Origin: Selaginella moellendorffii
Lineage: Eukaryota; Plantae; Lycopodiophyta
DNA: 64,000 bases
Direction: 5' to 3'
Assembly: GCF_000143415.4 (NCBI RefSeq)
Contig: NW_003314271.1
Location: 2,795,729 to 2,859,728, forward strand
Under the pieces are notes generated by a model. It searched no databases. It worked only from the letters and a program-made list of their open reading frames with translations, and had not been told where the DNA came from. The position numbers and the translations under genes are program-made. Shown piece after piece: positions 1-9,470 of this stretch (its first letter is position 1; each line of letters begins with the position of its first letter).

Positions 1-569
1 GGGGTGAAAGCCCAAAGCGTGTGTTCCTTAGGGAGGGTGGGTTATAGAGGGTTCTAAATGTATAGTAAGGATAGTGGGTAGGTTGGGCATGGCTAACCAA
101 CCTAAAGCATAGTTTAACTCCCATTTGCATGTTTATCTTTGTTTTGTGTTTGATTTGGGTCTAAGCCTAAGTTTTATACCATGCTAGTTAGTAGAGTACC
201 CATATTCCCGCATTAGGCCACTAGTATGCTAAAATAGTGCCAAACTCCGTTTAGCTCTGTTTTGGCTAGTCCTGGCATTAAGATGCTAAATACTCTGGGA
301 CTACTCCAAGTCACTCCATGCTTCTATCCCTTTGCTCCTTGGGCTGTATGTTTGAGAGTTGCTTTGTGCTTTAGTACTTTCGCTCTTTGGCTTTATGCTT
401 AAGAGTTTGGCTTCATTCCTTCATTTAGTGGCCTAAGACCTTGAAACTTAGCTTCCACTCTATTGTCCTTTGGACATGTGGCATGTGATATGTGGCATAT
501 AGACAGTTTAAATTCTGCCTCGTGATTATTCTATGGTAAATCACCATAGGATAAAGGACATGTGCTACA
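1..569 (+). mobile_element. 3' part of a degenerate family-B LTR (cut by window start)
   Basis: Colinear with the 3' half of the solo LTR at 32357-33508; ends ...tgtgctaca at 569; many C>T/G>A changes. Confidence 0.85.
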
Positions 570-599
570 GAGTTCTTTGGATGGGAAAATGTATTTTGC

Positions 600-1201
600 A
601 CCAAATCCAATTGTAGAAGCAGAGTTTCAACTATAGGAGTTTATGGTAAGTTCAAGTGATGCAACAATTTGGAATAAAGAGGTTTTTTCTTCAACAACAA
701 ATAAGGAGTGATGTGCATCCTCGGTAATAGCAAGTTCTTCAGTGGTAAGCTCAAGAAAAAATGCAAATATAGGACATATGGATAGTGAATCTATATTTAA
801 GCTACTAAAACCTATGAAAGTTATAAGCACATTAATTCGAAGTATCATTGCAGGAACTTTTGTGCATTGATCCAGACTTTTTGAAGACTATGATAGGGAT
901 TTGGTCTTTGAGCTTCCACCTTCTAAAAATTCCATGGAGGGGAAGATGAGCATATTTGGGTGAAATATATGGCTTAGAGAGCTAACTACTTTGCAAGAAA
1001 AGTCCAAAGGAGTAGTTCCTTTAATGCTTTAACTTGGACTACTAGACTACAATTAGTTTCAAGAATTCAATTGCAAACAATTTCATGGTGTATTACATAT
1101 ATAACCTTAATAAGGTGAGGTACTTATAGAGCAACTTGATTTTATAAAATGTTACTTTTGCAAGGAGTTTCTATAACGTAAAGGAGAATGTGGAGCTATG
1201 T
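600..1201 (+). pseudogene. Mutator-like (MULE) transposase fossil, N-terminal piece
   Basis: YFCKEF*RKGECGAM ends at the LTR insertion at 1202 and resumes after 23804 as VVLNDMAFTRATIHIGQHNH (WRKY/GCM1-like C..C..HxH finger). Confidence 0.5.
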
Positions 1202-1744
1202 TGTAACGCATGTGGTTTTGACCCTTTATCCTATGGTGATTTACCATAAGATAACACCACGAAGTGGAACCTAAACCCTCTATATGCCATGTGTCCATAG
1301 GACAGTGGTGTGGAACCCGAGGTTCAGGGCCTTGGGCCACTAAACGAAAAAACGGTGCCAAACTCCTAAGCATGAAGCCAGGGAGTGATGGAACAGGACC
1401 ACGGAGCAACTCTCGAGCCTACAGCCCAAGGAGCGAAGGGACAGGAGCACGGAGCAACTTAGAACAGTCCTAGAGTTTCCAACATCCCAATGCCAGAACT
1501 AGCATGCAAAACAGAGCCAAATGAAGTTTGGTGCTATTTTAGTATACTGATGGCCTAACACGAGAATATAGGTACTCCACTAGCTAGCATGGTGTGGAGT
1601 TTGGGCTTAGACCCAAGCCGGACGCAGAACAAGGACAGGAACGCAAGCAAGAGCTAGACTATGCCTTAAGTTGGTCGACCATGCCCAACCTACCCACTAT
1701 CCTTACTACACATTTGGAACCCCCCACAACCCGCATAACCCCCC

Positions 1745-2891
1745 TGTAAGCCACAAATTTTTCCTTTCCAATTTGCCAGCTTACCTCGTCTATCCGACCA
1801 ACTTTGCCTTGGCTTGTGCTAAGTTCCCTCGCCAAGGTTCTCGCCTATGGTACCAGCTCCTACTTGGTCCTACTTGGTTTCAGCTACTCATTGCACGAGC
1901 AACGGAGTGTTAGCCATCCATCTACGGATTCCCAAATCTCTCCCAATCCCCCTCCCCGGGCTAGACTGGACTTAAGGTTCGGCTACACTCCCCGCAGGCA
2001 CAAGCAGCCAAGCACACCAAGCCTCCAGATTCCTAACACCCCTTAGTACCACAAGACTTGATCATAGGACCCTCTAAATCCCAAGCCTTGGGTGCAGCAC
2101 TTGCTTCGGGACGTCGGTGCGAAACACCGTGGCCTAACGGCCCGGTATGGGTACCTCTACCCCCCACTTCCATCTCGAAGGGAAGGCCCAAGCCCTTAGG
2201 AAGGGTGAGGACCAATGAGCCACAAGGTACTCAAGTGGGGCACCACTCCACATGAGCCGGGAGCACCGCAGTCGGTTTCCCTTTCGGGAGTGGGAGCTGC
2301 TCTTGAGCACTTCCCTGGGTGGCCCCTCCGGCACCACTCAAGCCCATGCTCACTCCCACCCAAGGCCCCTCGACCCCAATCTCAACCTCAAGTCGGTTTG
2401 GAAGCCCCACTGGAGAGTTCCTTCAAGACTGGTTCCTGGACCTCACTATCCCTACTATACTTTTGGAACCCCCTGCAGCCCCCCCCCCCCCCTGGGAGAC
2501 ACACGCTTTGGGTTTTCACCCCTTGAGCTATATTAGTATGTGGAGTTAGTCTCAGAATTGATCTCGGACTCGATCTCGGACCTAACTTCGGACTCGGTCT
2601 CAGACTCGATCTCGGACTTGATCTCGGACCCGATCTCGGACTCGACTTCGGACTCGACCTCGGACTCGGTCTCGGACCCGATTTGGATCTCGGACTCTGT
2701 CTCGAACTCGGTCTCGATCTCGGTCTCCGATTCGGCCTCGGCTCGATCCCGGACTCTATCTCGAACTCGGTCTCAGAGTCGGTCTTGGACTCGATCTTCG
2801 ACTCGGTCCCATCCGATGAACTCTTTGTCATTTCGGTCAAGCTTTCAGGGATCCTTTAGCCTACGACATCTCGGGGAGTCGGTTCCTTACA
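1745..2891 (-). repeat. 3' LTR of element 1 (1147 bp)
   Basis: Near-identical to 8115-8356 joined to 15587-16449; PPT gggtggtggagt adjacent at 2892-2903 on minus. Confidence 0.95.
2545..2810. repeat. Degenerate hexamer array (CTCGGA/CTCGAT) inside family-A LTR
   Basis: Tandem hexamers; shorter version at about 16150-16370; related arrays at 17113-17545, 41250-41460, 43670-43830. Confidence 0.9.
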
Positions 2892-3676
2892 ACTCCACCA
2901 CCCATAGAAAAAGTTCGATGCCCACATCAAACGTCTCTTTTTATCCTAGGACTTGTTAACCATGTCTCCGGGGGCATCTCCCCACTTAGCGGTGTGCCTA
3001 AGTTAGCCTCCCCGGCCAAGAGCCCATGACAACGGAATATAGGTGTCCCTATACCCCTCACCTCACCACGCCCTAGTATGGGGTCGGGACTTGAACCCAG
3101 CCTTGCTTTACTAGGGGGTTGGGACTCGAACCCAACTTCCGTAGAATACGTCTACGGATTCGACATCCTCGCGGGGAGTCGGGCGTAGTGCCCTACGCCT
3201 GGTCGACCTATCCAACCCATGCTAATTAGCTTACCTTCGGCGCGCCTTCGGGTCCCAATATATGCCACTTGCTCAACTTTGCAAATTGATATTTTTAATT
3301 GAACTTTGCATAAGTACATAGAGTTCTGCCTTGCAGAAATTCCTCCACTAGATCTCGCGCGTTTGCTAGGTTCTCCTCCGATTCCCATGTTGCTTCGCAG
3401 TGTGGAAATCCTTTCCACTTCACATGGAACTCTCTCACCTCGCGTCCTTGTTGCTTGCTCTTGCGCGCATTGAGGATGGCCTCGACTTCGTATTCCTCTT
3501 CCCCTTGGATAACCTCAGGTAAAGGTCTCACTTGGTCCTTGCGAAGCGGATCCTCAAAGTACGGCTTGAGTAAGTTCACGTGGAGCACTGGGTGCATCTT
3601 CCCCATCTCTCGAGGAAGTCGGAGACGGTAAGCCACTTTACCGATTCGTGCTTCAATCTCGTTACGCCCCGCGAAC

Positions 3677-3728
3677 CTGCTTAAGGAACTCAAGATCAAT
3701 TCATTTACAGGAATACATGCATCTTTAC
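3677..3728 (-). other. 52-nt canonical GT-AG intron-like insert in integrase C-terminus
   Basis: CAA AG|gtaaag...ttaagcag|G TTC; removal gives SRKLTQRFAG, aligning to SRKLLPRYVG of element 2; retention gives immediate TAA. Confidence 0.75.
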
Positions 3729-4160
3729 CTTTGGGTCAACTTTCGGCTGATCCCACTTGGTAGTTCCCACTTGGTAGTCTGAGGTTCTTGGTGTTCAGCC
3801 ACACCTTCTCCCCAGCTTGGAACTCTACATCCCGACACTTCTGGTTCGCGTATTTGGTTTGCCTTTGTTGAGCCCGTTCCAAGGAATCCCTCACTAGATT
3901 CCAAATGCTAAGTCTTTCCGCCGTGAATGCCTCCACTGCGGGCAACTCTCCATGATACTCGGCCATGCCGAGTTCCACAGGACCTTCAATAGCTCACCCA
4001 TTGATGACTTCCCATGGACTCACCCCGATACTCGAATGTGGTGAGTTGTTATAACACATTTTCGCAAGTCCCAAATGACTTACCCAATCGGTTTGGTCTC
4101 CCGAGACATAGCATTGCAAATAATCCTCCAGCTGCCTATTCACCCTTTCCATTTATCCGT

Positions 4161-4206
4161 ATATCAAGAAGTGTTAGTGCCAACAACTTGACTTAACATC
4201 CCATAC
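4161..4206 (-). other. 46-nt intron-like insert in integrase core (GT...CTAAC...AT, acceptor one base off AG)
   Basis: ACA G|gtatgg...cactaacacttcttgatat|AC GGA; removal restores YHPQTDG(*M)ERVN. Confidence 0.65.
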
Positions 4207-6800
4207 CTGTCTGTGGGTGATAGGCTGTGCTGAATTTCAACTTGGTGCGATACTGTTCCAGGAGAGTCCTCCAGAACCTATTGGTGAAGATCTTATCTCG
4301 ATCTGACGGTCTTCCCCGCACTCGAACCACTTGTTCGAAGAATAGCTTCGCCACACCTTCCGCATCCACCTCCGTTGTGGTGGGTATGAAATGTGCCATT
4401 TTCGAAAATCGGTCCACCACCACGAATATCGCATCAAACCCCTCGCTTGGGGGGAGTCCCGTGATGAAGTCCATCGTAAGACATTTCCACGGACGATCTG
4501 GAATTGGGATGCTTTGCAAAAAGCCCCCACTAGCCTTAGTCACGGCTTTTACCTGCTGATATGTTGGACATGTCTTTACATAGTCTTGGACGTCCTTAGC
4601 CATATCTGGCCAATGGTACTTTCTCTTGAGTAAGCCCATTGTCTTGGGCACTCCGCCGTGTCTCGCAAGAGGTCTGTCATGACACTCTTCTAAGGCTACC
4701 TTCCTTAGTTCCCCTTCTGGAACATACACCCTCGTTTGCTTGTAATAGATGAGTCTATTGTGTTCCGCATAGCCTATTTTCTCTTCCGTTGGCAGCTCAC
4801 CTCTCTGGTGAGCTTCCCGTGCCACTAGATTCCTCAGCAACACTTCTTGTGCTAGACCATCGTTCTCATATGCTGTCCGCACATCGTCCCAGAAGGTTGC
4901 TGTTGCGCTGGATATTGCCAACCTCAAGCTCATTTTTCGACTTAGCGCATCCGCCACGATGTTGCTCTTCCCGGGCTTGTACAGAATTTCACAATCAAAC
5001 TCGGCCAAGGCATTGGCCCATTGACCTTGTTTCCCTCTCAGGTCGGGTTGTGACAAGAAGTGTTTCGTTGCCATATTGTCCATATAAACCTTGAAGTGTC
5101 TCCCAAGGTAGTGTTGCCACTCCTTGAGCGCCTTGACCACTGCAAACAATTCCTTCTCGTGGGCAGGCCACTTCCTTTGAGCCTTGTCCAACTTCTTCGA
5201 GAAGAACGCTACCGGATGGTTGTCCTGCTTCAAAACTGCGCCCAACGCAAAGTCCGAAGCATCTGTTTCTACCTCAAAGTCCTTACCAAAGTCTGGTAAT
5301 GCCAATACGGGAGCCTTCTTCAACTTCCCTTTGAGGTGGATGAATGCCGCCTCACATTCCGCTGTCCATACCATCTTCCCTTTTCCTGTTTGATCCGTTA
5401 AGGGCAGGGCTACTCTCGAATAGTGTCTGATAAACTTTCGATAGTAGTTGCATAGCCCCAGGAATGCCCTCAACTCGTGTACATTCGATGGTCGCTCCCA
5501 TTCCTGGATCGCTTGGACCTTCTCCGGGTCCACCTTGAGCCCATCCTGGCCCACCACATGCCCGAGAAACTTTACCTCTTGCTGAGCAAAGTCACATTTG
5601 CTCTCTTTAGCATACAGTTTATGTTCCCTTAGTTTCTCAAACACCTTCGCCAAGTGTTCGGCATGCTCCTCTAGCGTCTCGCTATATATCAGGATGTCGT
5701 CGATATAGACAACTATGAAGTGATCCAGATAGGGTACAAAGATGTGGTTCATCAGTGCCGAAAACGTTGCCGGCGCATTGCATAGCCCGAAGGGCATCAC
5801 CAGAAACTCGAAGCTCCCATACCTCGTTCGACAGGTTGTCTTCTCGACATCTTCCTCAGCTACTCTGATCTGGTAGTATCCTGACCTTAGGTCAATCCTT
5901 GAGAAGTATTTTGCCTTGCCCAACCTATTGAACAGGTCCTCAATCCTGGGCAAAGGGTACTTGTTCTTCTTTGTATACTTCTTGAGCAACCGGTAGTCTA
6001 TGCACATGCGCATAGATCCATCTTTCTTTTTCACAAATAACACCGGCGCCCCATACGGCGACTTGCTCAACCTAAGATACCTTTTGTCCACTAACTCCTC
6101 TAGTTGGCGCTTGAGCTCTTCGAGTTCTTTCTCGTTCAAACGATAGGGGGGACGAACCACCGCCTCAGCACCCTCGACCAGCTTAATCTTATGCTCTATC
6201 GGTCGTGCGGGGGGCAACCCCGCCGGTAACTCCTCCAGCATGGTATCCTGGAATTGGTCCAACACCCGTTGGATCACTAAAGGTACTTCTTCCGTTCCTG
6301 TCTTTTTGTCACTCTTCACCGAGATGCTGCCTTAATTCCTTTAGTGAGTTGTCCTCTCGTGGACACTAGGTTTAAGCAAGATTCTTTGGCCTTGCTTTGC
6401 CCTACCTTTAGATCCTGGGCCTCCACCCTGGACCTTCTTCCTTGGGCATTTGTCAGTACCACAAGGTTTCTACCTTGTCCATGCAGGGCTACCACGAACC
6501 GATTGAACCAGTCCATTCCGAAGATCACGTCAAATCCCGCCATGTCTAACACGGTGAAATCCATGTCTACTTTCCATGTCCCTACTTCGACTCTTGCTTG
6601 TCGAAGTACCTCATCGGTGCTTTGGCTACCTTGAACAAACTCTATAGTCCTTGGTTCGCCTAGCCGCTGCACCATTAGTCCAGCTTGCCAGACTATGTCT
6701 GCAGCCACAAAATTATCCGAAGCACCCGTGTCAATAAGGATTTTAACAAAGCTACCTCCGAGCTTTCCCCGGAGGGCTAGTAGATGTCGCGAACGACTCT

Positions 6801-6855
6801 CTACCAAAGTTGCTCGTGTAATGAGTAACTTTGAGTTAGGGATTGGATCACATAC
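6801..6855 (-). other. Candidate retained 55-nt intron at Gag/protease junction of element 1
   Basis: GAG|gtatgt...ctaac...ttggtag|; phase 0; splicing gives RVVRDIY*. Confidence 0.55.
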
Positions 6856-8098
6856 CTCAATTTGGACTTCACCCGACTTGATGGCCATATTGGCTCTGGC
6901 CTTCTTCGGGTTGGGACATTCCCTCGAAAAGTGTCCCGCTTCACTGTAGTTGTAGCATACGTTGTTTCCCATGCTGCTATACGACTTGACCTTCTTATCC
7001 GTGGGTTTGTCTCTTTTCGCTTGACTCCCCCACGTACTCGCTCGCTGGCCACCGGATTTGCCTTTCCGGAACCCCGAGGACTCATTCTTAGAGAAACTCT
7101 TTTTGAATTTCCCTCTGCTAAACGTTCCCCTTGGTTTAGCCCCTTTGCTAAACGTGGATCCCGACCCCGTTGTGTTCCCCTTTCGCAGGTTATCGTTAAA
7201 ATGCACCGTGATGGCCGCATCCAACGCTTCCTTGTAATTGGTCGGGTTCCACCGCATCACTTCACCGCGAGCCCAGGTTTGTAAACCTGATATGAAGGCA
7301 TGGAACGCATCTATATCCCCCATGTCCGTGACAAGTATCCTCTTTGCCATAAACCCATTCACATACTCCTGAATGGTTTCGGTCTACTTCAGCCTACTCA
7401 GCTCATCCCTTAGATGCAGAGTAGCATTCAGAGGAACGTAAGTTGCGCGGATCCTCGCCTTCATCATTTCCCAAGTGGCCACCGGTCCTTCGTTGGCCTC
7501 TGTCGTTCTCCACCAAGACTTGGCATTATCTGCCAAGTATGGTTTTGCACATGGGACCTTCTCCGAGCTCGGTAATCGCAACGCTCGGAAGTAGTCCTCT
7601 ATATCGTAAAACCAATCCTCCACCACCTTATAGTCGTTCACTCCCTTGAAGACCGGTGGGGGCTTTGGTTTGTACTTCGGAACTGCCTGAGGGACTAATT
7701 CCACTTCGGTTTGTTCGACCTTGTCTGGTTTTACCTCAGTCCCTGCCGAAGGGTCCGCACCTTCTGCGCTGCCAGCATCCGCAGTCTTTCGCTTTTTCTT
7801 CCGCTTCTCATCACGCTTTAGCTTGCATACGAGAGTCTCTAGCAGGGCATTGGTCTGTGCCAATTGTCCTTCTAGAATGTCCAATCGAGCCTTAGACGAC
7901 CGAACCTTGCCACCGGACTCCTGTTTGGAAGTTTCCTCACTGGAGTTCTCCTCATGCAAGGATTCCTCATCCATAGCCTCTTGTTCGACCGGAGGCTCTA
8001 GCTCTAGTGGAGGTTCCGTCTCCGCCTGGGTTCGCTTACGCCCCGCCCTTGCCATCTCCCAGCAATCCGCCTCTATCCTTCGTTAGAACTGAGGAAAA

Positions 8099-8111
8099 GG
8101 CTCTGATACCA
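8099..8111 (-). promoter_or_regulatory. Primer binding site (tRNA-iMet) of element 1
   Basis: tggtatcagagcc just inside the 5' LTR on the minus strand. Confidence 0.9.
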
Positions 8112-9470
8112 AATTGTAAGCCACAAATTTTTCCTTTCCAATTTGCCAGCTTACCTCGTCTATCCGACCAACTTTGCCTTGGTTTGTGCTAAGTTCCCTC
8201 GCCAAGGTTCTCGCCTATGGTACCAGCTCCTACTTGGTCCTACTTGGTTTCAGCTACTCACTGCACGAGCAACGGAGTGTTAGCCATCCATCTACGGATT
8301 CCCAAATCTCTCCCAATTCCCCTCCCCGGGCTAGACTGGACTTAAGGTTCGGCTACTGTCGCGAATGTGACTTCGGGTATCGAAAGATACTTGTCGGCTA
8401 GTACTTACGGACTCTCTCTTCTTACTGCCACGACGGCAGGAGGTCGGTACTGCTGGTTCCCTTTATGGTCTCCGCCCAAGCTAGTTGAGAAATTGGTCAG
8501 CAAATGTGCACTTAGACCGGAAGGGCACTAAGGAAGGAAATCCTAAACTGTCATTAAGTCAAGCATACTTGACACGGTGATGAGAAACTCATGATATTGA
8601 CTTGCACTTGCTAGTGTTGGGAACCCCCGCGATATTGAGACTAGTTCCTCGATATTCGCTAGATGATAGCTTACTGTGTTTGCCAAACACCCTCGCTATC
8701 ACGCCCTTTGTGTTAGTCTCGTTTCGGTCCCAAATGCTATTTATGGAAAGTGTCTAGATTCGCTCATTTGGCATATCTACGGAATGTAGAGGTCAGTCTG
8801 AACACAATGGTGTTCGTCCCGTGTCCAAATTCGCAATCTAAGGCCATTCCATATTTAGTAAGTTTCGAACTTGTCCCAGAGACTAACTCCTGGTACTAAG
8901 GGAGGCTTGGGGTGAAAGCCCAAAGCGTGTGTCCCTCAAGGGGGGGGGGGGCTGTGGGGGGTTCCAAATGTATAGTAGGGATAGTGGTTGGAATGCATGT
9001 CCGACCACTTAAGACATTAGTTTGGCTCCCACTGGGCTGTGTCGCTCCTTGTTCTGCGTCCGGCTTGGGTCTAAGCCCAAGCTCCACGCTGCTCTAGTCG
9101 GTGGAGTACCCTCCTCCTCGCGTTAGGCCACCGGTATGCCAAAATTGTGCCAGACTCCGTCTGACACCATTTTGCGTGTAGGTGCTGGATACGGGGAGCT
9201 GGTGCTCGTGGGATTGTACCGGACCCTCATTTCATAGCGCTACGGGCTTGGAGTTCGGCTCCAAATTTAGGTGCGCTACATTTGGTATCAGAGAATTGTC
9301 TCAGCGATTTCTATCCAACTTTTGTCGGATTTTCTGACTCAAGTTGCATACGCAGAGACTTTTCTAGTAGATCCGAAGCGACCTGTGTAGGATTAGTTGG
9401 ATTGCACCATTCGGTAAGAACGTTGTATGCATGTTTAGTTACTGATAGAGGCATGCATGCAGCTAGCAGG

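Larger units (their letters stand above)
3295..8055 (-). pseudogene. gag-pol of element 1: Gag, CCHC knuckle, protease (LIDTGAS), RT (YIDD), RNase H, integrase, GPY/F, chromodomain (YEVEAIL..VKWKG..ATWE)
   Basis: ORFs 7384-8055, 6316-7362, 4193-6319, 3736-3978, 3295-3699; in-frame TAG at 7384, frameshift near 6320, TAA/TGA stops in IN, 14-bp duplication near 3760, two intron-like inserts. Confidence 0.95.

Noticed and set aside
1197-1201. TSD for the 1202-23804 element
   Set aside because: TATGT versus GTTGT/TGTTG; not convincing, terminus mutated
2388-2959. Ser/Asp/Arg/Pro-rich ORFs (also 15988-16481, 16855-17819, 41150-41489, 43575-43859)
   Set aside because: By-products of stop-free hexamer arrays inside LTRs, open in several frames on both strands
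3081-3140. tRNA gene
   Set aside because: T-arm-like motifs only; no acceptor stem, D-arm or anticodon arm found
6316-6345. Programmed frameshift or intron between PR and RT
   Set aside because: No slippery site or GT-AG insert; element 2 is continuous and longer here, so a deletion is likelier
7384-7386. Programmed stop readthrough in gag of element 1
   Set aside because: TAG lies mid-capsid where element 2 has CAG (LKQ); simple C>T
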